Origin: Acidimicrobiales bacterium
GTDB lineage: Bacteria; Actinomycetota; Acidimicrobiia; Acidimicrobiales; Bog-793
Direction: 5' to 3'
DNA: 64,000 nucleotides
Assembly (NCBI GenBank): GCA_050015255.1
Contig: JBEKBT010000003.1
Location: forward strand, 2,593-66,592
This document shows positions 23,187-33,125 of this stretch, piece by piece. A program made the translations under genes and the position numbers. Numbering within the stretch: position 1 is the stretch's first letter; the number at the start of each line of letters is the position of its first letter. The notes under the pieces are model-generated. The model searched no databases. It was not told the DNA's origin and saw nothing but the letters and a program-made list of their open reading frames with translations.

Positions 23187-25555
23187 GGCTTGACGTAGCT
23201 CACGGTCGCCGATGCGTCGATCAGCACTCCGTCGGTGAGGTCGGTGGCTTTGTAGGTGACTTTCTGGACCAGGGTGTCACTCACCTGAAAGATCGCCACT
23301 CCCTTCGCGTTCGTGGTCAGATACAACGGCTTGATCTCGGTCTTCACCGCGCTCGGCGCGGTCGCGGTCGCGGTCGCGGCCGCCGTCGCGACAAGGATCA
23401 CTCGCTTGGCGCCGATTGGCAAGCCGAGCGCCGTGCGCAAGGTGACCTTGATCCACGACGACGCCGTGCTCATTGCCTTGACACGGGCCAGCACGGCGGT
23501 GACCGAAGACCTCGTCGGGGAGGCGTACGAGGCGCCTCCGCTCTCGGGCAGGGCGCACAACTCGGCGACGAGACCGCCTCCCAAGGGATTGGCGGCAACG
23601 GGCGTGCCCAGGCCAGTGGCGAAGTCGTAGCCGGGCGTGGCCGGGTACTGCCACAGATCCGGGAACTGAGCCAAGTGGTTGTCGCCCTTTGTGACCTCGT
23701 CGAAGGCGCTCGCGTACTCGCTCGGGCCCTCGCCGGCGATGAAGTACAAAGACGGGTTCAAGAACCCGACCGGGTGGGCGCTACAGGTCGGCCAAGCATC
23801 TGCAAGGGCGGCCAACGCCGCCCACAGCGGTGCCGCGATGCTCGTGCCACCGAAGTAGCTCCAGCCCCCCATGGCACCCAGGTAGATCAAGAGGCCGGTG
23901 CTCGGATCGGCGTCCCCTGCGACGTCGGGGACCTCCCGGCAGTACCCGGTCGGCATGCCGCAGGGCTTGTTCGAGGAGTAGGCCTTGATGACCTGCAGCG
24001 CCGCTGGAGCGTCGGACTGGTAAGCAGGCATTGCCCAGTCCGAGGATATGCCGCCGCCGCTGGCCCCGGCGTCGTCGTTCCAGACGGTCTGCGTCGGTGG
24101 CACGGCGGGCGCGGTCGCTGTCGGCGCTGAGCCGAGCGCGGTCAGCGACGTGCCCCCCACGTCGGTCACATACGGCTGGCTCCCAGGATCGTCGACGGCA
24201 GGCGTGCCGATGGGGTTGTTGCTCGTGTCGGTGCAGTCGGTCGAGCCGTCGTCGCCGGCGGCGGCCACGACGGTTTGTCCCTGCGCCGCCGCCTCTTCGA
24301 ACAGGTTGGCCTCGGCCGCCACGGCCGCGCTCCCGCCCGCTTGTGCCTCGCATTCGCCCCACGAGGTCGAGATCACCTGGGCGCGGTCCTGGGTGACGAT
24401 CGCGTTGTAGACATCGAGCGGGCCCGTGGTGTTGTTCGGGCCCTCGTACACGTCGATCTTCGCCCCGGGAACAAGGCTGCTGATCTCCTCAACGTCCCCG
24501 GTCGACTCGACGTATCCGCCGGTGCCGCTGCCGAGGCCCTCCTGCGAGCCGTCGACGGTGATGACGTTCAGCAGCGGCGGCGAAGCCATGGCGGCACCCT
24601 GGGTCGTACCGAAGTAGCACTCGTCGTAGGTCTGCACGTCCGCCTGGCTGAAGGGCTGGAGCTCGAAGACCGCTACCGTCTCGCCGGCGCCGAGGTCACC
24701 GGCCTCGTAGAGCCCCGAGAACCCGTAGGCCGAGGCGAGCTCGTCGGCGGTGTAAGGACCGCTAGGCGAAGCCCCGCTGCTTGCTTGCGTGCAGGGCTGC
24801 GGGCCACCCCCGGCGGCGGTGGCCGTGCTCGTCCTGGCCGAACCTGGCGCGCGCGCTCTGGCGGCCGGGCCTTGGCCCAAAAGATCCTGCGAGTGAGCGA
24901 GCGCCAGGTCGTCGAGACCGGCTATCGCCTCGATCCCGCCGGCGAGAGCAGCTGGGACCCGCGGGGCGGAGAGGTTCGCGTAGACCTGGACGCCAGAACC
25001 GAGGCGATAGCGCACGAGCGTCGTATCGAAGGCGCGCTCGGCAGCCGACACCGTCGAGGAGGCCTTGATGATCAGGTGGTTGCTGCTCACCGGGCCAACG
25101 TGCAGACCGAGCCTTCTGAGGGCGGCGATCGTCGAGCTTATTGTCGAAGCCGTCGCTCCGAAGACCGATCCGAAGACACCGGGGCGAAGATAGCTGCCAA
25201 ACCCGACAGAGCCGGGAGTCGAGACCTCGCTCGCGAATTTCGCCAGCGCGGCCGGGTCGCGGGGGCGCAGGGCGACATCGATCTCGATCGGCTGCGATCC
25301 AGGGGCCGGGCCGAGCGGGACCGCCGCCGGCGACAACTGGGGCACGGAGCCGACGCGAACGAACCGCGCCGCGCCTCGGGGCGATCCGGCCCTCGCAACC
25401 GAGGCCGTCGCGGAGCCGGCGAGGGCGGCCGACCCGGCGAGGGCGGCCGACCCGGCGAGGGCGGCCAGGCACGCCACGGCAACGGTGCGCAAGCCCCGCC
25501 TGTTGCGCCAGCGCAGGGAAGGCCACGAGCACACCGGTCTGTCACCTTCGTGCAT
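23183..25555 (-). CDS. secreted S53 (sedolisin/kumamolisin-type) serine peptidase with a pro-domain and a C-terminal Ig-like domain
   Basis: Internal ATG at 25555. Signal segment, then a pro-kumamolisin-like activation region (VALRPRDPAALAKFASEVSTPGS...YLRP), then GGTSIAAPLWAALAAL around the catalytic Ser. The C-terminal ~110 aa are beta-rich. Confidence 0.75.
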   Translation of the reverse strand: MHEGDRPVCSWPSLRWRNRRGLRTVAVACLAALAGSAALAGSAALAGSATASVARAGSPRGAARFVRVGSVPQLSPAAVPLGPAPGSQPIEIDVALRPRDPAALAKFASEVSTPGSVGFGSYLRPGVFGSVFGATASTISSTIAALRRLGLHVGPVSSNHLIIKASSTVSAAERAFDTTLVRYRLGSGVQVYANLSAPRVPAALAGGIEAIAGLDDLALAHSQDLLGQGPAARARAPGSARTSTATAAGGGPQPCTQASSGASPSGPYTADELASAYGFSGLYEAGDLGAGETVAVFELQPFSQADVQTYDECYFGTTQGAAMASPPLLNVITVDGSQEGLGSGTGGYVESTGDVEEISSLVPGAKIDVYEGPNNTTGPLDVYNAIVTQDRAQVISTSWGECEAQAGGSAAVAAEANLFEEAAAQGQTVVAAAGDDGSTDCTDTSNNPIGTPAVDDPGSQPYVTDVGGTSLTALGSAPTATAPAVPPTQTVWNDDAGASGGGISSDWAMPAYQSDAPAALQVIKAYSSNKPCGMPTGYCREVPDVAGDADPSTGLLIYLGAMGGWSYFGGTSIAAPLWAALAALADAWPTCSAHPVGFLNPSLYFIAGEGPSEYASAFDEVTKGDNHLAQFPDLWQYPATPGYDFATGLGTPVAANPLGGGLVAELCALPESGGASYASPTRSSVTAVLARVKAMSTASSWIKVTLRTALGLPIGAKRVILVATAAATATATAPSAVKTEIKPLYLTTNAKGVAIFQVSDTLVQKVTYKATDLTDGVLIDASATVSYVKP
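25416..25466. repeat. 18-nt tandem repeat (about 3 copies) encoding AALAGS x3 inside the protease signal peptide
   Basis: CCGGCGAGGGCGGCCGAC at 25416-25433 and 25434-25451, with a partial third copy. Confidence 0.7.
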
Positions 25556-25664
25556 CCCCACGTCTTTCTGTTTCCTGTGATGGCGAACCGGGTCGGCGCG
25601 AGCGTAGTCGCCGCCTGGGCCCGGGAATGAGCACGCCGAGGTCACGGTCGCAAGCGGCATCCGG

Positions 25665-26540
25665 TCAGATGTCGAGGAACTTCCTGACCGCCATGGCCGA
25701 GCCGAGGGCACCGATCACCGCTCCCATGACGATGACGAACAGCTCGGTGATGATCACGTCGTGGCCGGGCACGACGGCGGAGGAGAACTCCCTGAAGTGC
25801 CTTATCAGCGTCTGGATGCCGAGATCCCCGAGCAGCACGATGCCGGCGGCCACGATCGCTCCGATCAGTCCCTGCACGAGGCCCTCGACCATGAACGGCA
25901 AACGGATGAACCAGCTCGTCGCACCGACGAGGCGCATGACGCCGACTTCCCGCCTCCGGGAGAAGATCGCCATCCGGATGGCGTTCAAGATGAGCACCAG
26001 AGCCGAGACCAACAGCACGAGCGCGATCACGAGCAGCACCATTTGCAAGACATTGCTCACCGAGGTCAGCGTGTGCGCCGCCTGGGACGGATAGGTGGTC
26101 TTGAAGACGGCGGGAAGATGCTGGAAGATGCTCGCGACGCTGGCCGCCGCCGCCGGATCCGTCAGGGTGCACTGGAACACGGGCGGGGTCGTCTGCGGCG
26201 TCAGCACGCTGCAGACGGTCTGGCCACTGATCCGGCAGGCCAGTTCGTAGGACAGCTCGTGGTCCAGGTAGTCGAACTTGCGGATCTGCGGCGTCGCCCC
26301 GATCGTGGTCGCCAGTGTCGCTATCTCGGCCGCGGAGGCCGTCGGCTGCACGAAGACCTGCAGGTCCACGTTCTGGTTCAGCTCCACAAGCTCGTTGTTC
26401 ACTGCTTGGCGCATCAGCAGGGCAGTGCCGACGAGAGACAACGAGACGGCGACGGTAAGGACGGCCGCGATCGCCATCAACCGGTTCCGCCACAGGTTCG
26501 TCACGGTCTCGCGGGCGACATAACCCGGTGAAATGGGCAT
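25665..26540 (-). CDS. ftsX: cell-division ABC transporter permease FtsX
   Basis: 291 aa. N-terminus ETVTNLWRNRLMAIAAV, a large extracellular loop and 3 C-terminal TM segments. Its start shares one nucleotide with the ftsE stop. Confidence 0.85.
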   Translation of the reverse strand: MPISPGYVARETVTNLWRNRLMAIAAVLTVAVSLSLVGTALLMRQAVNNELVELNQNVDLQVFVQPTASAAEIATLATTIGATPQIRKFDYLDHELSYELACRISGQTVCSVLTPQTTPPVFQCTLTDPAAAASVASIFQHLPAVFKTTYPSQAAHTLTSVSNVLQMVLLVIALVLLVSALVLILNAIRMAIFSRRREVGVMRLVGATSWFIRLPFMVEGLVQGLIGAIVAAGIVLLGDLGIQTLIRHFREFSSAVVPGHDVIITELFVIVMGAVIGALGSAMAVRKFLDI

Positions 26541-27364
26541 CAGCGCTTGCCTCTTCGCGCCCGGACGGCTTCCTGGCGGCTGGTGACCGGCTCGTCGAGG
26601 TCGTCGAGATCAAGCTCGGCCGACCCCGCGCGCATCGCGGAGATGGACACAGCCGGGATACCCCGGGTGCTCGACACCGTCGGGTCGAGACCGTAGATCC
26701 CCCGCGCCTGGTCACGAATGACAGCGCCGTGGTCGATCTCGATCACCCGACGGCGCATGGAGTCGACAATCGTGGAGTCGTGGGTGGCCATCACGACCGT
26801 GGTCCCGGTGCGGTTGATCCGATCGAGCAGGGACATGATGCCCTGGCTCGTCGTGGGGTCGAGGTTGCCGGTGGGCTCGTCGGCGAGGATGATGAGCGGG
26901 CGATTCACGAAGGCCCGCGCGATCGCAACTCGCTGCTGCTCGCCTCCCGAAAGCTCGTCCGGAAGGCGCTCGCCCTTCTGGCCGAGGCCCACCAGCTCCA
27001 GAACTTGCGGCACCTGCGTCGATATCACGTGCCGGGGCCGGCCGATGACCTCGAGGGCAAAGGCCACGTTCTCGAACACGGTCTTGCTGGGCAGGAGGCG
27101 GAAGTCCTGGAACACGCAACCGAGATTGCGGCGCAGATAGGGAACTCTCCAGTTCGAGAGCTGCCCGATCTCCTTGCCCGCCACCCAGATCTCGCCGCAG
27201 TCGGCAACCTCCTCGCGCAGCAAGAGCTTGAGCATCGTGGTCTTGCCCGAGCCCGAGGCCCCGACAAGGAACACGAACTCACCTTTCAAGATCTCGAGCG
27301 AGACCTCCCGCAATGCCACAACAGAGCCCTTGTAGGACTTCGTGACGTTCTCGAAGCGGATCAT
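26540..27364 (-). CDS. ftsE: cell-division ATP-binding protein FtsE with a ~50-aa C-terminal extension
   Basis: ATG at 27364 ([13 protein letters not shown]). Walker [10 protein letters not shown], signature [14 protein letters not shown] and Walker [13 protein letters not shown]. Confidence 0.9.
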   Translation of the reverse strand: MIRFENVTKSYKGSVVALREVSLEILKGEFVFLVGASGSGKTTMLKLLLREEVADCGEIWVAGKEIGQLSNWRVPYLRRNLGCVFQDFRLLPSKTVFENVAFALEVIGRPRHVISTQVPQVLELVGLGQKGERLPDELSGGEQQRVAIARAFVNRPLIILADEPTGNLDPTTSQGIMSLLDRINRTGTTVVMATHDSTIVDSMRRRVIEIDHGAVIRDQARGIYGLDPTVSSTRGIPAVSISAMRAGSAELDLDDLDEPVTSRQEAVRARRGKR

Positions 27365-27457
27365 CGGACCTCTTCTTCTCCGCACTGCAACACGAAATCC
27401 CCTTCTCCAAGGCTACCAGCCGGCCTTGCCACAAGGCGGTAGCGCCGCCCGGCGCGC

Positions 27458-28612
27458 TCAGGACCCCTCATGTTCCCTGCGGAATCTCAAGAACGCGATC
27501 ATGAAGTCGTCGAGATCACCGTCCAGCACGACCTCGACGTTCCCGGTCTCGTAGCCGCTGCGCAAGTCCTTGACGAGCTGGTAGGGGGCAAGGACGTAGG
27601 AACGGATCTGGCTTCCCCAAGCGACCTCGCTCAAGGGCCCAGAAATAGTCTCCAGTTCCTTCCTGCGCTCGGCGCGCTGACGCTCGGCGAGCTTGGCAGC
27701 GAGGATCTGCAAGGCTTTCGCCTTGTTCTGATACTGGCTGCGCTCATTCTGACAAGAGGTGACGATGCCGGTCGGGAGGTGGGTTATGCGCACGGCCGAG
27801 TCCGTCACGTTCACGTGCTGGCCCCCCGCTCCTGAGGAGCGGTAGGTGTCGATGCGCAAGTCTTTCTCGTCGATCTCGACCTCGTCGGAGAGATCCTCGA
27901 GGAACGGGGCCACGTCGAGCGAGGCGAAGCTCGTCTGGCGCCGGTGCTGGGAGTCGAAGGGCGACATCCTGACAAGGCGGTGCACACCGCGCTCGGCGGC
28001 GAGCAGCCCGTAGGCGTAGCGCCCGCGCACGATGAACGTCGCCGACAAGATGCCGGCCTCTCCCCCCTCGGACACCTCGTCGACCTCGACGCTGAAGCCT
28101 CGGCGCTCGGCCCAGCGCAGGTACATGCGGAGCATCATCTCGGCCCAGTCCTGGGCGTCGGTCCCCCCGGCACCGGCGTGGATCTCGGCTACCGCGTCCC
28201 TCTCGTCGTGCTCACCTGAGAACAAGCTACGCAGCTCCAGGTCGTCGAGCGCCCTGGCGACGGCCGCCGCGGAGTCCTCGAGCTCGCCCTCGAGCGCTGC
28301 GAGCTCGGCTCCGCCTTCATCTACGGCCATGGCATGCAGGTCCTCGGCATCGCCAAGCTGCATGTCGAGGGCGCGCAGGGTCTCGACGTCGTCTCGGACC
28401 CGTCCGTACTCCGAAGTCACCCTCCGCGCCTGATCGGGGTCCGACCACAGGTCCGGCTCGGCGATGGACTTCTCGAGCACCGCCATGCGCGCTATCGAGT
28501 CGTCGAGCCTCAGGTACGCCTTTGCCGCGTCAAGGCGGACGCGAAGCGACGCCAGAACGTCGCCGAGATCAGGGCGCGGGCCTTCGGGAGGGCCGTCGGG
28601 TATTCGAGCCAC
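27458..28612 (-). CDS. prfB: peptide chain release factor 2 (uninterrupted ORF, no programmed +1 frameshift)
   Basis: GGQ motif (SSGAGGQHVNVTDSAVRITHLPTG) and RF2-type N-terminal coiled coil. It starts 6 nt after the secA stop. Confidence 0.9.
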   Translation of the reverse strand: MARIPDGPPEGPRPDLGDVLASLRVRLDAAKAYLRLDDSIARMAVLEKSIAEPDLWSDPDQARRVTSEYGRVRDDVETLRALDMQLGDAEDLHAMAVDEGGAELAALEGELEDSAAAVARALDDLELRSLFSGEHDERDAVAEIHAGAGGTDAQDWAEMMLRMYLRWAERRGFSVEVDEVSEGGEAGILSATFIVRGRYAYGLLAAERGVHRLVRMSPFDSQHRRQTSFASLDVAPFLEDLSDEVEIDEKDLRIDTYRSSGAGGQHVNVTDSAVRITHLPTGIVTSCQNERSQYQNKAKALQILAAKLAERQRAERRKELETISGPLSEVAWGSQIRSYVLAPYQLVKDLRSGYETGNVEVVLDGDLDDFMIAFLRFRREHEGS

Positions 28613-28618
28613 GATCGC

Positions 28619-31537
28619 TCAGCTCGCGCCGTGGCAGACCTTGAATTTGCGGCCGCTGCCGCACCAGCACGGCTCGTTGCGGCCGACCTTGGCCGGAGGG
28701 CCGCCGACGATCCGGGTACCGGTGGGCGAGATCGGCCCGGCGGGGGGACGCCGGTGGCCTGCCCCGCCACCACCGCCGCTGCCCCGGGACGGTGCACCCT
28801 GCTTTTGAGGCCGGCCGGACGGACCGGCACCCGCGGGCGACACCGGAGCGCGCGGGGCACCCGGTTGCGCTCCCCCGGCCCCCGATCGGGGCCCGACAGG
28901 AGCTGGGGCACCTGGCGGTGGTCCCGAAAGAACGGCTGGAGGCGTCTCGGGCTGGACTCCGTCAACCTCGGTGGCGGGCATCTCGGGCAGCTCGCCGAGG
29001 CCTGTGACGGGGTCATTCGCGGCCACGAAGTCCGCTTGCGCATAATTGGGGTCCTCGGCGGGAGCAGCGATGACTTGGACGTGCATCACATAGCGCAGAT
29101 AGTCGTCGTCGATCGAGTCCATCAGCTTGCCGAACATCTCGAAGCCCTCGCGTTGCCAGGCCACGAGCGGGTCCGTCTGCGCGATGCCGCGCAGGTGGAT
29201 GCCCTCGTTCAAGTAGTCCATCTCGACGAGGTGCTCGCGCCAGCGCTGGTCGATGATCTGCATAAGGACGTTGCGCTCGACCTCGCGTGCGGTCTCTGCA
29301 CCGCCGGGGAAGGTCGTCTCCCGCTCGTCGTAGAGCGCCAGGGCCTCGGCGAGGATGCTCTCGGTGAGCTGCTGCACATCGGTCGCTGCCTCGAGGTCTT
29401 CGACGGTGAACCTCGTCGGGTAGTACTGAGTCAGCTCGACCACGAGGCTCTCGAGGTCCCAGTCCTCGGGGAAGTTGTTGGGGCAGCAGTTGGCCACGAC
29501 GCGGCCCACCATGTCCGTCAGCAGGTCCTCGGTATGGGCCTTGAGGTCCTCGCCGTCGATGATCTGCAGCCGGCGGGCGTAGATCACCTTGCGCTGCTCG
29601 TTCCTCACCTCGTCGTACTTGAGCAGCTCTTTGCGGGTCTCGGCGTTGCGCCCCTCGACGGTGTGCTGGGCCCGCTCGATCGCCTTTGTGACCATGCGGG
29701 CCTCGATGGGCACGTCCTCGGGCAGGGCACGGCCCATGACCCAGCTGACCGCGCCGGTGGCGAAGAGCCGCATCAGCTCGTCCTCGAGGGACAGGTAGAA
29801 CCGGCTCTCGCCCGGATCGCCCTGGCGCCCGGAACGGCCACGGAGCTGATTGTCGATGCGGCGGCTCTCGTGGCGCTCGCTCCCGAGCACATAGAGGCCA
29901 CCGAGCACCCGGACCTCGTCGGCCTCGGCGGCGCACTGCTTCTTGAACCTCTCCAGCAGCGACTTGTAGCGCGCCCGGCCCTCGTCCGAGTCGAGGTCGA
30001 GCCCCTCGGCGCGGACCTCGTCACGGGCAAGGCCCTCGGGGTTGCCCCCGAGCACGATGTCGACCCCGCGTCCTGCCATGTTCGTGGCGACCGTGATCGC
30101 GTGGAGGCGTCCTGCCTGAGCGACGATCACGGCCTCCTGGGCGTGGTGCTTGGCGTTCAGCACGTGGTGGGGGATGCCCTGCTTTTCCAAGAGCAGGGAG
30201 AGCTCCTCGGACTTTGCCACCGACGCCGTGCCGACGAGCACGGGCTGGCCCCGCTCGTAGCGGTCTTTCAGGTCCTCGACGACCGCCTCGAACTTGACGG
30301 CCTCGGTCTTGAAGATCAGGTCCGCCTCGTCGGTTCGGATCATCGGGCGATGTGTCGGGATCGGCACGACATGCAGCTGGTAGGTCGAGGCGAACTCGGC
30401 CGCCTCGGTCTCGGCGGTGCCGGTCATCCCGGCGAGCTTCTCGTACATCCGGAAGTAGTTCTGGAGCGTGATGGTCGCCCAGGTGTGGTTCTCGTCCTGG
30501 ATCCGGACTCGCTCTTTTGCCTCCACGGCCTGGTGCAGGCCATCGGACCAGCGGCGGCCCTCCATTATCCGGCCCGTGAACTCGTCGACGATCTTCACCT
30601 CGCCGTCGGCCACCAGGTAGTCCTTGTCCCGGTGGTAGAGCTCCTTGGCCTGGAGGGCCTTCTCGAGCTGATGGACGTAGTTCACCGCCACCGAGTCGTA
30701 CATGTTGTCGGCGCCGAGCTGGCGCTCGACCTTGGCGATGCCGGCCTCGGTCGGCACGACTGTGCGCTTCTCCTCGTCCACCTCGTAGTCGAGGTCGCGA
30801 CGCAAGGTCCGCACGATGCTCGCGAACTGGTAGTAGAGCTTCGTCGAGTCGTTCGAGGGGCCGGAGATGATGAGCGGCGTGCGGGCCTCGTCGATGAGGA
30901 TGGAGTCGACCTCGTCGACGATTCCGTACACGTGCCCGCGCTGGACCATGTGCTCGCGGCGGCCGGCCATGTTGTCGCGCAGGTAGTCAAAGCCCATCTC
31001 GGTGTTGGTCCCGTAGGTCACGTCCGCCCGGTAGGCGGCCGCCTTGGCGGCAAAGTCGTCCACCTCGGGAGTCACGAGCCCGACGGTCAGTCCGAGAAAC
31101 CGGTAGATCTGGCCCATCCACTCGGCGTCGCGCCGGGCCAGGTAGTCGTTGACGGTGATGACATGCACCCCGCGGCTGGTAAGCGCGTTCAGGTAGACGG
31201 GAAGAGTCGACACGAGCGTCTTGCCCTCACCGGTCTTCATCTCGGCGATCCACCCGAAATGCAGGGCCATGCCGCCCATGAGCTGGACGTCGAAGTGGCG
31301 CTGGCCGATGGTGCGAACCCCCGCCTCGCGCACGACGGCGTAGGCCTCGACCAGCAGGTCGTTGAGGTCCTCGCCCCGCTCGAGGCGCTCTCTGAACTCG
31401 ACGGTCCTACGGGCCAGCTCCTCGTCGGACAAGGCCTGCATCTCGGGTTCGAGCACGTTGATGGAAGGCACGATCGCAGCAAGACTGCGCACCTTCTTGC
31501 TCTCGCCCGCGCGAAGGACCTTGGCGAAGACACTCAC
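28619..31537 (-). CDS. secA: preprotein translocase ATPase SecA
   Basis: 972 aa. MKTGEGKT Walker A, DEVDSILIDEARTPLIISG, and a C-terminal zinc finger CWCGSGRKFKVCHG. Confidence 0.95.
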   Translation of the reverse strand: MSVFAKVLRAGESKKVRSLAAIVPSINVLEPEMQALSDEELARRTVEFRERLERGEDLNDLLVEAYAVVREAGVRTIGQRHFDVQLMGGMALHFGWIAEMKTGEGKTLVSTLPVYLNALTSRGVHVITVNDYLARRDAEWMGQIYRFLGLTVGLVTPEVDDFAAKAAAYRADVTYGTNTEMGFDYLRDNMAGRREHMVQRGHVYGIVDEVDSILIDEARTPLIISGPSNDSTKLYYQFASIVRTLRRDLDYEVDEEKRTVVPTEAGIAKVERQLGADNMYDSVAVNYVHQLEKALQAKELYHRDKDYLVADGEVKIVDEFTGRIMEGRRWSDGLHQAVEAKERVRIQDENHTWATITLQNYFRMYEKLAGMTGTAETEAAEFASTYQLHVVPIPTHRPMIRTDEADLIFKTEAVKFEAVVEDLKDRYERGQPVLVGTASVAKSEELSLLLEKQGIPHHVLNAKHHAQEAVIVAQAGRLHAITVATNMAGRGVDIVLGGNPEGLARDEVRAEGLDLDSDEGRARYKSLLERFKKQCAAEADEVRVLGGLYVLGSERHESRRIDNQLRGRSGRQGDPGESRFYLSLEDELMRLFATGAVSWVMGRALPEDVPIEARMVTKAIERAQHTVEGRNAETRKELLKYDEVRNEQRKVIYARRLQIIDGEDLKAHTEDLLTDMVGRVVANCCPNNFPEDWDLESLVVELTQYYPTRFTVEDLEAATDVQQLTESILAEALALYDERETTFPGGAETAREVERNVLMQIIDQRWREHLVEMDYLNEGIHLRGIAQTDPLVAWQREGFEMFGKLMDSIDDDYLRYVMHVQVIAAPAEDPNYAQADFVAANDPVTGLGELPEMPATEVDGVQPETPPAVLSGPPPGAPAPVGPRSGAGGAQPGAPRAPVSPAGAGPSGRPQKQGAPSRGSGGGGGAGHRRPPAGPISPTGTRIVGGPPAKVGRNEPCWCGSGRKFKVCHGAS

Positions 31538-31612
31538 GACCTCCCATTGTAGGCTGACTCCCCTGCGTTTCCGGATCGGGACTGCGATCGTGCAGGTCGC
31601 GCGAGCGCCGTT

Positions 31613-33100
31613 TCAGCAGGCAGCCACCGGGATCAGCTTCCCGACGCGGCGCGCGGGGCCTTTTTCCACCGAGACGAGCGTGCCGGAGAGATGGTGCGGG
31701 GCGGCATGGTAAACGCGCACCCCGACGAAGGTGCCCGGGGCGAGGTCGTCGCGCGCGGGAGGAGGAAAGTGGACGAGCTTGCCCTGCCGGGTCCGGCCCG
31801 AGAGCACCTCGGGATCTTTCTTGGAGGGACCCTCCACGATGGCTTCCTCGACCCGGCCGACGCGGGCGAGGTTGCGGGCGAGCGCGGACCGCTCGACCAC
31901 CACCTTCAGCCGATCGAACCGGTCGGCGATCTCGTCGGCCGGCACATACAGCTCGGTCATCTGCGCGGCACGCGTGCCGGGCCTCGGCGAGAAGACGAAG
32001 GTGTAGGCACTGTCGTAGCCGGCTTGCGAAGCCACCTCCAAGGTGCGCTCGAAGTCCTCCTCGGTCTCACCCGGGAACCCGACGATGATGTCGGTGGTGA
32101 CGGCGAGGTCAGCGACCGCCGCCCTCGCCTCGCCAAGAAGGCCCAGGTAACGCTTGGCCGTGTAGCCGCGCCGCATGGCGGCAAGGATCCGGTCGCTGCC
32201 CGACTGCAGCGGCAGGTGGAGCTGCTCGCAGACCGTGGGGGTCTCGGCCATGGCGGCGATGGTCTCGGGCCGCAGGTCTTTCGGGTGCGGGCTGGTGAAC
32301 CGGACGCGGCGCACGCCGGGCACGGCGCCGATCTCCCGGAGCAGGTCGGCGAACACAGGTCGTGGCTTGAATGCACCCTCGCGGACCCAGCGAGCCCCGG
32401 CGAGGAAGGCCGGATCGCCGTGTCCTGCCGGCGAGCGGCGCAACTTCGCCGTCAGGTCCCTCCCGTAGGAGTTGACGTTCTGGCCGAGCAGGGTGAACTC
32501 GACCGTCCCCCGGGCGGCAAGCCCCTCGATCTCGGCCACGAGCTCGCCAAAGGGCCGGCTGACCTCTGGCCCCCGGACCTCAGGGACGATGCAGAAGGCG
32601 CAGGAATTGTTGCAGCCCACCTGGATGGTGACCCAGGCCGCATGGGGCTGGTCGTGACGGACGGCCATCGCGCTCGGGAAATCGGTCCCCTCGCCGGCGC
32701 CCGGGGCCTCAAGCACCTCGAGCACCGGCTCGCCGCTCGCGCGGGCCAGCTCCAAGAGGGCCGCAACCCGGCCCAGGTTGTGGGTGCCAAAGACGGCGTC
32801 GACATGCGGCGCCCGTTCGAGCAGCAGCTCCCGGTCCTTCTGGGCCAGGCAGCCCCCGACGGCGATCTGCAGGCCGGGGCGGCGCTCTTGGACCGACTTC
32901 AGCTGGCCGAGGTGCCCGTACAACTTGTCGTCGGCGTTCTGGCGGATGCAGCAGGTGTTGAGCACGACGATGTCGGCCTCTTCGAGGTCCTCGGTGCGAA
33001 CCATGCCTTCGGCTGCGAGCAACGAGGCGATGCGCTCGGAGTCGTGCTCGTTCATCTGGCACCCGAAGGTGCCAACCAGGAACCTGCGAGCCTCGGCCAC
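31613..33100 (-). CDS. miaB: tRNA-i6A37 methylthiotransferase (radical SAM)
   Basis: GCQMNEHDSE, NTCCIR and the radical-SAM CNNSCAFCIVP motif, plus a TRAM-like C-terminus. Confidence 0.9.
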   Translation of the reverse strand: MAEARRFLVGTFGCQMNEHDSERIASLLAAEGMVRTEDLEEADIVVLNTCCIRQNADDKLYGHLGQLKSVQERRPGLQIAVGGCLAQKDRELLLERAPHVDAVFGTHNLGRVAALLELARASGEPVLEVLEAPGAGEGTDFPSAMAVRHDQPHAAWVTIQVGCNNSCAFCIVPEVRGPEVSRPFGELVAEIEGLAARGTVEFTLLGQNVNSYGRDLTAKLRRSPAGHGDPAFLAGARWVREGAFKPRPVFADLLREIGAVPGVRRVRFTSPHPKDLRPETIAAMAETPTVCEQLHLPLQSGSDRILAAMRRGYTAKRYLGLLGEARAAVADLAVTTDIIVGFPGETEEDFERTLEVASQAGYDSAYTFVFSPRPGTRAAQMTELYVPADEIADRFDRLKVVVERSALARNLARVGRVEEAIVEGPSKKDPEVLSGRTRQGKLVHFPPPARDDLAPGTFVGVRVYHAAPHHLSGTLVSVEKGPARRVGKLIPVAAC

Positions 33101-33125
33101 CTCAGAAGGTTACGCGGCCTGTGGA

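Noticed and set aside
27458-28612. Possible programmed +1 frameshift in prfB
   Set aside because: The RF2 ORF is continuous from N-terminus to C-terminus with no internal TGA. Frameshift-free prfB is, as I recall, common in Actinobacteria.
28334-31552. 1072-aa plus-strand ORF
   Set aside because: It is antisense to secA, whose identity is unambiguous, and it shows the same high-GC artefact.
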